From Azolla caroliniana (lineage: Eukaryota; Plantae; Polypodiophyta): 64,000 bases of DNA. Below the pieces are notes generated by a model. That model saw only the letters and a list, made by a program, of their open reading frames with translations. It did not search any database and was not told the origin of the DNA. Of this stretch, positions 1 through 12,600 are shown in pieces; the stretch's first letter is position 1, and the number at the start of each line of letters is the position of its first letter. The stretch spans positions 7,130,001 to 7,194,000 of the forward strand of contig JBHGNT010000009.1 in the NCBI GenBank assembly GCA_043228905.1, read 5' to 3'. A program made the position numbers and the translations under genes.

Positions 1-587
1 AACCCCAACCTTACCATTGTACTAACTTATCCTAAGTGTTCTAAAATAGATTTAATATGTATAAGACCTTTTTTTACGCTTACCTTTATTAAAAGATAAG
101 TCATGCATTTTTTAGAATGCGTGAATACTTTATTTATAAGAAAAATGTACACCAATAAAAAATGACTCGTGCACATCTAACAAGCATGAGTACTATATTT
201 AGGAAAACAAAAGCATAGTGTAAAAAGGCAACTCATGCACATTTAGAGTGGAGGAACACTTTAGAAAAAGCATGAAGCTATGCTTAGCCTCTTCCATCCT
301 TATATAAGGAGGAGAGAAAGATGTATGGAGGGTTGTTGCTTATTTTACAAGGGTGGATTAATATAATATAATAGTGGGATTCACGAATTTGCTAACTATT
401 TTTTTTTCTCTTAATCTGAGTACTCACTAATACACTATACTCGTGGGATTCACGAGTTTTTCATATCTTTCTTTCTTACAACATATTTCATATTCTTCAT
501 TGCCTTAGAATTTCCTTTTCTCCTAGTCCAAAACCTCAATGGTTCCCGCTCGACTCACGCAACGATTCGGAGCCGAAAGGCACGACA
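1..587 (+). mobile_element. 3' portion of an LTR related to the Gag-only tRNA-Trp gypsy family (runs off the window start)
   Basis: 520-587 matches the reverse complement of the LTR end at 27526-27593 (TCCTAGTCCAAAACC...CCGAAAGGCACGACA). It ends in CA and is followed by ACGT (588-591). Confidence 0.8.
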
Positions 588-591
588 ACGT

Positions 592-1035
592 TGTCGTGAA
601 GATTTTCGATAATGGTGTGAAAATCACATAAGACGTACGAAATTAAGTGTCAATCATATAAAATAATAATAGTTAATATACTAATTCTAAGTAAGTTTAA
701 TATCTTAGTACAAAAGACGAAGTTCTTGAAGAGATGCACTTTACTACATAAGAAACGGACATCTAAGTGTCAACTTATGTGGGGAAGAAGCTGCGAAAGA
801 AAAAGAAAAAATTGTGAGATATCCCACATAGATAGAACGAATAAGGCTCTCACCATATATAAGGTAGAGCAAAAGTTATTATCTTTGTGTCTATGTGTGG
901 AGCATAGAGAGTTCAAGGTAACTTGAACTAAGAGTGGAGGTGGCCTAGCCACTCGTTAAGGTTTTTGGCCAACGAAAACTGAACTGGACGGTAACCGGCG
1001 ATCGGTGATCTGGCGAGGTGGTATTCGGCATCCGA
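592..1035 (+). mobile_element. Truncated LTR, same family as the solo LTRs at 18561 and 20583
   Basis: Begins TGTCGTGAAGATTTTCG like 18561 and 20583 and stays colinear into the GC-rich repeats, then fuses to gypsy gag sequence. The right boundary is approximate. Confidence 0.75.
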
Positions 1036-2120
1036 CGGGGACCGCGGAGGACGGCTGAAACCGAGTAGTGGATGGCTTTCACATGCCGTGCCACGGCTTC
1101 TTCTATTATCCTCTTCATGCCACCTCGTCCGAAATTCGCGTTAAGCAATCTTTGTGTGTCGGTCACATGTATCCAGCCATTCGAAAGATAGACTACAATA
1201 CTTCTGAGCGCTTCATCGAGGTCAGTGCAATCTCTCCGTGAATGTCTAGTGGCGTCGCACCATATGCACCTCTGATTGGCCGGCAGTCGTCGGTCGCGCG
1301 ACTAACCCTCGTCGCTTCGCCGGGCCTGGGCAATCTGGAGGTCGCGCACCATCCTTGTCAGTTCTTCTAGTCCTGCGCCGCTTGCAGGCCCCCCGACTAT
1401 GTTCGCTAGGGTTGAGCCTGGCTCGAGCCACCTCCTCGTTTCTTCCATTCGTGTCGGTGTCGGCTCAGCTCTGGTTTCGACAGCTGGTCCGGCCGGCGAG
1501 GACCCCCTTTCTTTCCAATATCAGTGTTTTTCAATCGTATTGCATACTTCTTTGACGGTCGCCTAGTCAGTCGTGAGACCTCGGTTGGTTTCCAGAAGAA
1601 GGTCCACGCTTTCCCGGACACGTGAGTCAAACGACATAACGAAAAATAGGACTTTGCTCATTTCGAGCATGGTTTGGTCCAATCTAGAGAGCCGCATGAA
1701 CCGTGACTCAAACTCCTGGAGCAGTGCCAAAGCGTTCTGACCCTTGTCGGGGTTGTTGACCCAATCCATAAAGTCCTTTCTCGATAGCCAGAGTGAGTCT
1801 TCATAGTCGTATCTTTCGAGAACTTCCTCCGCGAACTCCGCCCAATCACAGTAGCCCGCTTGTATTTCGGTCATCTCCCTATGGATGTGTGGTGTCATGA
1901 CCCGAGGAAACCCTGTCAGCAGTCTATCCTCGGGTATATTCCTCATCTTCATTTTGGATTTGTAGGCCTCTAAGTAACTTGTGGGGTCTTTCCCACTGAA
2001 CCGACCTATCTTGTCGACCATTGCTTCTATGGCCCTGTCGAGGGCACTCGCGCCCTCGCGAGCGCTAACCAGGCGGTCTACCGCCACCACCATTGCTTCT
2101 GCAAGTTCTCTTCCTCTCAT
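1036..2120 (-). pseudogene. gag: Decayed gypsy gag (G1)
   Basis: ORFs 1563-2120 and 945-1166 align by eye with G2 gag pieces (MRGRELAEAM vs MRGSDLAEAM; MKRIIEEAVARH vs MKRLMEEAAARH). In-frame stops are present. Confidence 0.8.
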
Positions 2121-2144
2121 TTTCAGATTCCTTTGACGCCCCTC

Positions 2145-2162
2145 TTCACGTTGGGTTCACCA
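2145..2162 (-). promoter_or_regulatory. PBS complementary to the tRNA-Trp 3' end
   Basis: TGGTGAACCCAACGTGAA lies 4 nt inside the LTR, with one mismatch to the plant tRNA-Trp 3' end as I recall it (TTCACGTCGGGTTCACCA). Confidence 0.8.
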
Positions 2163-3040
2163 AAGATGTCGAGGAAATCCTTGTGGATGCGTAGAAGTTG
2201 GCCAGGACCACGGGGGTCTTGAACCAAGGATTCAAGAATTGAGGAGGAAGAGTCTGCGATTTACGTGAGCCCTGAGACCGTGGTTTAAATTGAAAAGATT
2301 TTGCGAAACAAGAAAGATAGTGTAAGAGGATCGTGCGTAGACACAGGTGCAGACAGATATGCTAAGAATAACTTGCGTTAGGTGGATAAGATTCTATTAA
2401 TCAATATATGCGCGTAGCGCCATGGGTGATTACAACCGGATCAGTGCCGGTGTTCGAGCGTAGGCTCTTCAGTAGTCAGATCCGAAGTTGAGTGGGCACA
2501 CAGAAGGTCGATCCCCTAGTCGGGAGCACTCAAGTGTCTGACGCGAGCAGGGGAAGCGCCTTCCGGTGACATGTCGTAGGACTCCTCGTCTTCTTCCGTC
2601 TCTATTTTCCTTTTTCCTCTCTAAAATTGCCCCCTTCTCAAACAGTCAAAGGTCGCCCCTTTTATAGCACAAGGAGCGACCGTTACAAAGCATTCATGAC
2701 CTGTTGCTTTTCCTTCCTAGATTCTATCCCCCTGATTCGCTCTCCTCGTAACTCTCCCTACTTACTTGATGTCTGAATCCCTATTAATGCCTTAACTACC
2801 TAGTACACCTTCTACCTATGCCTAGGACTTACACTATTTGATTCACTAGGGGTGTGCACGAGTGCACACCAGTGTTGCCGTGCGTTTCACATTGTTTCCA
2901 CCTATGGCCCGGAATTTTCACGGCAACGCGTCCGGCTTGTCGGTTGAAAGTACCTTGGTCAACATATCTGATCCGTTCTCCTTCGTGTGGATCTTTGTTA
3001 GCACAAAGTCTTGATCTTCTACCTTCCCTTGGAGCCAGTG

Positions 3041-3342
3041 CAATGAAGGAATGGTAGAGGATGAATGTCACTTGCTCTTCACATGCTCGACATGTAGTGC
3101 AATTCGTTCAAGATATGTTGACATACTAAGAGGGAGTGATAACTTAAGATCCATAATTAAGACACCACCTATAAGGTTGAGCTCATATGTGTATGATTTA
3201 TTAACACATAGAGACTTTGTGCTTCAACATATGAATACCCCTTCTTAGGAAGGAGACATATATCAAGAACACATGTATACTCTGGTCTGATAGGTCAAAA
3301 TTGGCCTCTTTATGGACGATAAAAATTCTAATTCTAATTCTA
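3041..3342 (+). mobile_element. 5'-truncated non-LTR retrotransposon 3' end (RTE-X/Crack-like C-terminus)
   Basis: Interrupts copia RNase H (compare 25350-25370). Encodes EDECHLLFTCSTCSAIRSRY, a LINE ORF2 C-terminal Cys/His motif. Ends in an (ATTCTA)3 tail with no visible TSD. Confidence 0.65.
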
Positions 3343-5971
3343 ATATCTCCTCTGGATGTGCTTGGTTCGGGAATGGTAGGCCGCATTCCTCACAAGGTGG
3401 ATGACACTTTGACTGTCGCATTAGAGTCAGTATTCCTCCGATCGGATCCCTAGATCTCCGATGAAGTCCTTCATCCAGATTATTTCCTTGCCGGCTTCCA
3501 CAGTTGCCATGTACCATTTCCGTTGTTGCTAGTGCCACGAATTTCTGGAGCCTCAACTGCCACGATACGGCTACCCTTGCATAAATCATGACATATCCGG
3601 ATGTAGACGGGCTCGTATCCGCATCGGCCGACATATCTGAATCCGTGAATCCGTCGAGTTGGGGTTTACCAGATCCAAACCCGAGGCACATACTCGACGT
3701 GCCTTTGAAATACTGAAGTATCCACTTGATCGCGTTCCAGTGCTCTTTTCCGGGATTGCTCATGAACCAACTCACCACTCTGACTGCATATCCGATATCC
3801 GGCCGGGTATACACCATTGCATACATCAAGCTCCCAACAACGGAGGCATATGGTATCTTCATCGTATCCGTCTTCTCTGCCTTTGTCTTCAGCCTTTGCT
3901 TTCCGGATAGCTTGCAGTTTGTCGGGAGTGTCGATCCGACAGGTTTTGCATCCGACATGTTGAACCGTTGAAGCACCTTTGTCACGTACTTTCTTGTGAC
4001 AACCACAATAGCTTCTTCTTCCGGTCCTGGATGATGTGCATCCCTAAGATTTGTCTTGCCGGACCCAAATCTTTCATGGACAAGATCCGGTTCAAGGCCT
4101 TCTTCAGCATACCGATTTTGGTTCGGTCCGGTCCGATGATCAACATGTCATCTACATAAAGCAGGAGTATCAGGAAGTCGCCACCGTCAAATTTCTTCAC
4201 AAACACACAGTGGTCCGCTTGCGTCTTGTGGTTCCCTTGGTTGGTCATCAAGTTGAACTTCCGGTACCACTGCCAAGGGCTTGCTTCAAATCCTTCCGGT
4301 TGATGCATGTAGATCTCTTCTTCGAGGTTTCCATGTAGGAATGACGTCTTGACGTCCAGTTGCTCTACCTCGAGGTCCATGCTTACCGTTATCCTCAATA
4401 TCATCTGGATGGATGTTATCTTTACTTTCGGGCAAAGATCTCATCGAAATCCACACCTTTCTTCTGCTGGAAACCCTTCACCACGATCCGGGCCTTGTAC
4501 CTCGGTGGATTTCCGGTGTCTCCCGGTTTCAGCTCGTACACCCACTTATTTCGGAGATCTCTCTTTCCTTTTCGCAACTTTGTCAATTCATATGTGTGGT
4601 TCTCATGCAAGGAATCCATCTCGTCCTACATGGCACTTAACCACTTGCGGTTGTGGGTATCTTTCTTTGCTTCTTCGAAGCTTTCTGGCTCCCCCTCATC
4701 GGTCAACAATACGTTCCCTGCATCCGGAAATCTCCAGGGGGATCTTCTCTCTCTGAGAGGGTATCTTCATCTGGTTCTAAGTACCGGTTCCTCTGTTTGT
4801 TCCTCATCCTCATCCGATTTGGGATCTTGTCTGGTTCCGGTGTCTTCTTCTTCATCTTCTTCTTCTTCAGTCGGTTCAGTTTCTTGTCTCAATCCGGTCG
4901 GTTCGTCGAGTGTCATCCGGTTCCCGACTAACATCTGGTTTTCAACCGGGTAAGTCCATGTGTCCTCTTCAGAGTTCATCACCTTCTTCTCTGACTCCCA
5001 GTCGAGAATGGTCCTGTCTTCCATGAAGACTATGTCCCGACTCCGGAACACCTTCTTGTCGACCAAATCCCACACCTGGTAACCAAACTCATCATCAATG
5101 TATCCAAGGAATATGCATGGCTTGGACTTCGGATCCAGCTTTGCTCTCTTGTCCTTTGCAACATCCACATAGGCGAGACACTCGAACACCTTCAGATGCC
5201 AGTAACACGCGTCGTTACCGGTCCATACTCTCTATGGTGTGTTTCTGTCCAAGGGTGCTGAGGGTGATCTATTTATCACATACGTCGCCGTCATTAGGGC
5301 CTCAGCCCAAAACTTCTTGGGTAACTTTGCATGTGCCAGGATGCTCCAGCCTCTCTCCATCATGTTCTAGTTCATCAGTTTGGCCAGCCCATTTAGTTCT
5401 GGTGTCTTCAGCACATTTAATTCGAGTCGGATTCTATTAGATCGACAATACTTCTAAAATTGTCCCTAGTACTCTCCTCTGTTATATGCTTGCACCGCCT
5501 CCAACTTCCAACCGGTTTCCCTGTCCACTAACTTCCGAAATAACGAAACCCGATTTACAACGTTTTTACTCGCCAACATAGTGCCGATTTTCTCCGAGAG
5601 CACATGAGCTTTACTTTCTTCATTGAAGTTGTTATATAGGCTCATGTTGATGAAGCACCGGATGTACGCCGTTGTCTTCATGTGCATCACCTCCCATGTG
5701 GTGGCATCGATCTTGTCCGTTTTCTTGTCCCTGAACTGTACCGGCAACCAGAGATCTTTTACCACGGGCATGTCCCTCATCTTCGACTTCCACATTGCGT
5801 AGTTGGAGCCGGTGAGCTTGAACATGTTGCCAAATGATTCTTCCATTCCCTTGTATGATCTGATACCAGTTTGTGCGGAAACTGTGGAATATGTCGTCGT
5901 TTATGCAGAAGTGTTTGTTTGGATCTGTTAGGAAACAAGTCCCTCCGGATGGGAAATGAGAAGAACAGTGT

Positions 5972-6088
5972 TGGTGAGAACCGGATGTGGAGTACCCAGC
6001 AACGGAAGACCCGGTGAGAACCGGATGTGGAGTACCCGGCAACGGAAGACCCGTTGAGAACCGGATGTTGCAGGCCCGGTGAGAACCT
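5972..6088 (+). repeat. ~40-bp tandem repeat (about 3 copies) in the U3 of the A2 LTR
   Basis: The unit GGTGAGAACCGGATGTGGAGTACCC(A/G)GCAACGGAAGACCC recurs. Confidence 0.8.
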
Positions 6089-6582
6089 CTCATCGGATGG
6101 AAGGGACATGTATGTAAATATGTTCCAGAGAGCCCAATGGGGCTATATTTGTAAATGGCCTGAAAGTCACATTAGTATAAATATGACCTAGGGCAAACTT
6201 AATAGTGATGATGATAGAGTTATTGGTGTAACCTCTGTACAGTGCGTAAGAGAGAGAGAGAGAGAGAGCGATATACAGAGATTGTGTCTCTGTTGTAACC
6301 GCCGCTAGGCAAAGATTGTGAGCAAGAGGTCGTTGCCTCTGTGCTCCCTGTTGTATTACTTTACAGAGTGATAGTTTGGAGTCTGTGGACTCCCGTGGTT
6401 TTTCCCTCTTAGGATTTTCCACGTTAATATCCTGTGTATTCTCTTTCTGTTTTGTCGACTTACCTCCATTCCCATTTCGTCTGTGTTTTGATTGTCATCA
6501 AGTGATCTACGCTTTGGTTGTGGCCGGAGATTAATCCGCGTATTCCACGTCAAATTGGTATCAGAGCGAAACAACACAGAAA

Positions 6583-9500
6583 AATGGACGATTCGTTGGG
6601 AGGCATGTTCAAGCTCACCGGCTCCAATTACTCAGTGTGGAAGTCGAAGATGAGGGACATGCTCGTGGTTAAAGATCTTTGGTTTTCGGTTCAGTTCGGG
6701 TACAAGAGACCAGACAAAATCGATGCCACGATATGGGAGGTGATGCACATGAAGACAACTGCATACATACAGTGCTTCATCGACATGAGTCTATACAACA
6801 ACTTCAATGAAGAGAGTAAGGCTCATGAGCTCTGGGAGAAGATTGGCATTATGTTTCAGAACAAAAACGTTGTTAATCAGGTTTCGGTATTTTGGAAGCT
6901 AGTAAGACTCCGGTACCAAGATGGCTCCAGCATGGTGGAGCACATGAATGCCTTCCAGGGCCTGATCCACCAGGAAACATCATTGGAAGTACCTCTCGCC
7001 GATGAGGTACTAGCACTGCTCCTGCTTGGTTCCCTCCCAGATAGGTGGGAGACGTTGGTTGTCACTTTGGGCAACGCCGGGCCGGAAGGCAAACGGTTAT
7101 CCCTAGCAAGAGTGAAGTCGAGCTTGCTAGATGAGGAGACGCGTCGGAAAGACAAGGATACGAACTCCGACTCCAAAGCGCTTATTACCGAATCGGAACG
7201 CGGAAGACAAAGGAACCGTAGTCCCCAGAACCGGGAAAAGTCGGGGACACAGTCAAAGTCAAGGGGGAGGCCTACCTGCTTCTATTGCGGCAAGTTGGGA
7301 CACTTCCAGAAGAATTGTCGGCACTTCCGAAAAGACAAGGAATCCGATGGTACCGATTCGAAACGGACACCGGACCGGAACGGTAAAGACCGGAGGGAAA
7401 CGGACCGGAAGGGAACAACGGAAATCGCGGCAAGTGAAGAAGAGTTGATGCTCATCACCGAGGAGAGTGAGTTGAACCTTGCCGGCGACGAGACAACGTG
7501 GGTTGTTGATTCCGGAGCGTCATTCCACCTTACCCCGAACCGTAAATACTTCTCATCCTACACAGTCGGTGATCACGGTTGTGTCCAGATGGGGAATGAA
7601 GGTATATGCCGAATTGTCAGCATAGGAGACGTGTGGTTGACAACACCAACCGGATGCAAGTTGTTGATGAAGGATGTCTGACACGTTCCGGAGGTTCGAC
7701 TAAACCTGATATCAGTCAGTCGGTTAGATGATGAAGGCTACATGGGTAGCATCCAGAACGGAGTCATGAAATTCAGCAAAGGGAGCCTGATAGTGGCTCA
7801 GGCCTGTAAGGTCAACATGTTGTACCTGATGCATGCTCGGTTATGCCCGGAAGAAGTGAACGTGGCTTCCGACACTGCCGGTGAGATGTGGCACAAGAGA
7901 CTGTGTCACATGAGCGTGGATGAAGTGGCTTGCCGATGAATACCTCATTCCGGTGAAGAACGTGCATCTTGAGAGGTGCACTGACTGCCTAGCCGGTAAG
8001 TAAAACCGGACAGGTCTCCTTCCGATCAAGGCCACCGATGAGACGTAATGCACCATTGGAGTTGGTGCATACAGATGTGTGTCAAGTGGACACGACGTCC
8101 CATGCTGGAGCGTTGTACTTCGTGACGTTCATAGATGACCACAACAGGAGCTTGTGGGTTACACCATTGAAGACGAAGGATCAAGTGTTATTCGTCTTCA
8201 AGGAGCTCCACGCAAGAGTGGAAACAGAAACCGGACGGAAGCTGAAGGCGGTTCCAGCAGATAACGGAGGAGAATACTAGGGGCAGTTCGAGGAGTACTA
8301 CCGCTCGAAGGGAATCCGGCTCGAATTTACCGTGCCGAAGACGCCGGAACTAAACGGGCTAGCCGAGAGGATGAACCGGACCATAATGGAGAGGGTCCAG
8401 AGTATGCTAGCACATGCTAAACTACCCAAGACATTTTGGGCTGAGGCACTGTCGACATTGACGTATGTGATAAACAGATCACCCTCAGTGCCCTTGGATG
8501 GAGACACGCCGCAAAAGGTGTGGACTGGTAAGGAAGTGTCCTACCGGCATTTGAAGGTGTTCAGGTGTCTCACGTACATGCATGTTGCTAAGGACCGGAG
8601 AGGAAAGTTGGATCCAAAGACCCGGCCATGCATATTCCTCGGATACGACGATGATGAGTTCGGCTACCGAGTGTGGGATCAGATCGACAAGAAGGTTTTC
8701 CGGAGCCGAGATATTATCTTCATGGAGGACAAGACTCTTGCCGACTGGGAGTCGGAGAAGAAGATAATGAACTTCGATGAGATTCGGACCCACCTAACTA
8801 AGAGCCGGTTGACACTTGAGGAACTACGGTGTGGATACCGAACCGGCAAAAGAAGAAGTAGAGGAAGCTAAAACCGGAACCGGTTGCCGAAAGCCAAAGA
8901 CGGAGATATCCTCTCAGAGAGAGAAGGGCCCCCCAAAGATTTCCAGATGCAGAGCATGTGCTGTTGACCGATGAGGGGGAGCCGGAAAGCTTCGAAGAAG
9001 CGAAGGATGACACCAATAGCCACAAGTGGTTGAGTACCATGCAAGACGAGATGGATTCCTTGCATGAGAACCACATGTATAAATTGATGGAGTTGCTGAA
9101 AAGAAAGAGGGCACTTCGAAACAAGTGGGTGTACAAGTTGAAACCGGGAGACGCCGGCAACCCTCCAACATACAAAGCCAGGATCGTGGTGAAGGGGTTC
9201 TAGCAGAAGAAAGGTGTGGACTTCGACGAGATATTTGCCCCGGTAGTAAAGATGACTTCCATCCGGACGGTGCTGAGTATAGCGGCAAGCATGGACCTCG
9301 AGGTAGAGCAGCTGGACGTGAAGACAACATTGCTTCATGGTGACCTCGAAGAGGAGATCTACATGCAACAACCGGAAGGATTCGTGGAGAAAGGGAAGGA
9401 GCACCTGGTTTGCTAGTTGAAGAAGAGCCTGTACGGACTGAAGCAGGCTCCCCGACAATGGTACCGGAAGTCCGACTCCTTCATGACTGACCAAGGGTAT

Positions 9501-9637
9501 CACAAAACGCAAACCGATCAATGCGTGTTTGTGAAGAAGTTCGAAGGAGGCGACTTCCTGATACTCCTTCTGTACGTGGACGACATGTTGATCGTCGGAC
9601 GAGACCAAGCCAAAATACGGATGCTGAAGAAGGCTCT
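6583..9637 (+). pseudogene. Copia gag-pol polyprotein of A2, broken by stops and frameshifts
   Basis: ORFs 6518-7681, 7742-7939, 8038-8280, 8332-8871, 8958-9203, 9216-9416 and 9417-9637 are colinear with the near-intact polyprotein at 60629 onward. Confidence 0.85.
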
Positions 9638-12600
9638 TTACACATCACAATGTTATGTATTCGCTTATATACTAAGCCCTAACTTATTAACAAGTTCACA
9701 CTCGGACAGATACAACTTGGAAGGAGTTGGCCTTTTATGCCAACAAACTCCCCCGTAAAAGGACTTCTCTTTCTTGCATGTACAAGTGCTTGGGGTTATC
9801 TCCCCCGTAAACCTAGATTACAAATTTAACTAGATCTTATGTTACAAGCCTATCGGCAAGCAGCCGAGTCGGTAGAGGTATAGTATGAGTGTCAGTCAAC
9901 TCTTACCTTGAGCTCCTCATTCGGCTTTCTTCTGCTCGGTCGCTTGTCGTAGCCCCATCTTCGTCCTTAGCGTTCCGAAGCGTTGATCTGGGAGTGGCTT
10001 TGTTAGGCAATCGGTGATGTTCACCTCGGTGCCGATCTTCTGGACTTCGAGTTTCTTCTCGGTCACAAGCTTCCTTCATTGCTTCCGATGCTGCTATGTA
10101 CTCAACTTCTGTGGTAGACATAGTCGTGCACTCTTGTAGTTTCGACCTCCATCATATCGCACCACCACCATAGGTGAATATGTAGCCTGATGTCGATTTC
10201 CGATTGTCCGTGTTTCCGGCATAGTCGGAATCGGTGTAGCCTTCGACTTCGATTGATGGTATCAAACCGAATGTCAGCTGTGCATCCGTGGTTCCTTTCA
10301 GATAGCTAAGGGAGTTCTTGACGGCCTCCCAATGCTTCTTTCCTGGGTTTGACATGTACCGGCTGACCACCCCTACGGCATAGGCTAGGTCGGGTCGGGT
10401 CGCCACCATTGCGTACATGATACTTCCTACTGCCAATGCATTGTGTATCCTTCCATTAAGCTCTCTCCTTGTCATTTGCAGTAGAGTCTCTATCTGATAG
10501 TCTGATCAATGTCAGAAGCGGTGTCGGTGCTGGCTTCGCATTCTCCATGTTGAAGCACTTCAGCACCTTGCAGATGTAGTCGGATTGGGAGAGTCGGAGA
10601 GTCCTGATCATCCGATTTCGGTCTATCCTCATGCCCAATATGTGTTAGGCTTGTCTGAGTTCCTTCATCGCAAATTTTGCATGAAGGCTCCACTTCAGCT
10701 TACAGATCTCTGCTTGATTGCTCCCTCCAATCAGCATGTCGTCGACATAAAGGATCAGATAGATCCTGGACTCGTCGGCCAGTTGCCAAACATACATGCA
10801 TGGGTCAGAGTCTAATCTGTTGTATCCAAGCTGCCTTATGTGGGAGTCGAACTTCTGGTACCACATTCTCGGCACTTGTTTGAGGCCATGTAGACTTTTC
10901 TTGAGTCTGCATACGAGGTAACTGTCCTCCCCCGTCAGCCTGCCGGTTGAGACATGTATATGTCTTCTTCCAAATCTCCGTGTAGGAATGTCGTCTTTAC
11001 GTCCATCTACTCGAGCTCTAGATCTTTTGTTGCCACGACTCCTAGTAGGAGTCGGAGGGTGGTCATCTTGACTACTAGTGAGAATATCTCATCGTAGTCG
11101 ACCCCGTATTCCTGTTTGAATCCTTTTGCCACAAGCCGAGCTTTGTACTTGGGTTTGTTTGAGTCACATACATACTTGTATCAGAACACCAATTTGCAAG
11201 GTAGCGTCTTTCTTCCTGCTCGTAGCTCGACTAACTCCCATGTCTGATTCTGATGAATTCACGAGTCCATTTCGGATTTCATGGCCTGTAGCCATGTTTC
11301 GGCGTGCGGTGCGGCCATAGCTTCATCATACGTGCTTGGTTCGCCTGCATCCGTGTAGTTGATGTAGTCGAGGCCCAGTTGATAAAACTCTGTTTGCCTT
11401 CGAGCTCGTCCAGATCTCCTGGGTGCCGTAATATCTGGTTCAAATTCATCGATCGGTTCTTTTTCACGATCGACATTTGTTGAACCAGTTGAGTCAGGAG
11501 TCTTGCTTGGTATTCTACCCCCGGTTTGGGATTTCAGTGGTGTTTGGTTGTTCTCCCCTGAGGTTATTGTCGACTCTTTTCTGACTTGTCCCTTGTTGAC
11601 TCTTCCTTGATCGTCCTTCGTTGATTCAGCTCTGTCTTTGATGACTTTGTCTTTGAGTTCGACGTTGGGCCTTATTGCCGATTCGGTGTTGGCTGGGACG
11701 TTGTCGGCTGGTTGGAGTTCAACTATTTGTTGACTCTTTGATTCGGCCCGGTTGGTCCGTCCTTCCACGGAAATGTTGTCATCTTCGAAGGATACCTTCT
11801 TACCAACTATTTTCTGCTCGTTCCGTTGAGAGAAGATAGATTCTTCATTGAAGACTACGTCGCTGCTTCGGATCAATTTCCAGTTCTCAGGGTCCCATAG
11901 CCGGTAGGCGAAGTCCTCATTGGTTCCATAACCAAGAAATATGCACTTTGTTGCATGGGGTGCCAACTTCGTCCTTTTGTCCCTAGGGATGAACGCATAG
12001 GCTTCGCATCCGAATATACGGAGCCTATTGTAGGTCGGTTGTTTGCCTGACCATAGTGCCTATGGCACTTCAAGCGTGATTGCTCTTGACGGTGCTAGAT
12101 TTATCAGGTACACTGCCGTCTGCAATGCCATGGCGCAGAATTCCAGGTTCAATCCAGCTTGCTGGAGCATTGCCGTCACCCTCTCCTGGATCGTTCGGTT
12201 GATCCATTCGCCACCCCATTCTGCATGGGTGTGTAAGGAACGGTCTTTTGATGCTGGATCCCTTTTTCGGACAGATATTGTTTGAAGGCTCTAGAGGTGT
12301 ACTAACCTCCGTTGTCGGATAGGAGTGTCTTCACTTTGTGTCCCGACCGGTTCTCCACTTCAGATATCCATCGAGTGAAGACCTCGAGCGCTTCATCTTT
12401 GGACTTGATGGAGTATGCCCAAACTTTCTGTGTACAGTCATCTACGAATGTGATGAAGTATCGGGAACCTCCTAGTGATCACTCTGGCATGGGCCCACAT
12501 ATGTCTGTGTGCACGAGCTCTAGGGGTTGTCGTACCGTCTCGTAGTGGAGAGAATGTGGACTTCAGATCTGTTTCCCATATCGACAATGCTCGCAGAAGT

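Larger units (their letters stand above)
1036..2925 (-). mobile_element. 5' part of Ty3/gypsy element G1 (5' LTR 2167-2925, tRNA-Trp PBS, decayed gag)
   Basis: LTR with TG...CA ends at 2167-2925, flanked by ACGC (2926-2929). PBS TGGTGAACCCAACGTGAA at 2162-2145. ORF 1563-2120 is homologous to gag at 22260-22775. Confidence 0.85.
5926..9637 (+). mobile_element. Ty1/copia element A2 (Tto1-like), 3'-deleted, inserted in the 3' LTR of B
   Basis: LTR 5926-6552 and PBS TGGTATCAGAGC 6556-6567. gag has the CFYCGKLGHFQKNC knuckle and the protease motif WVVDSGAS; integrase and RT (LYVDD) follow. RT is fused to the B LTR at ~9637. Confidence 0.88.

Noticed and set aside
5972-6088. CRISPR-like array
   Set aside because: Plain tandem repeats without unique spacers, inside a eukaryotic LTR; the same applies to 28771-28910 and 59994-60110.
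5859-6567. Apparent head-to-head copia elements sharing one LTR, or an LTR swap between families A and B
   Set aside because: TSD GAAAC (5878 / 23634) shows B is nested in the A1 LTR and A2 is nested in the B LTR; this is ordinary nesting.
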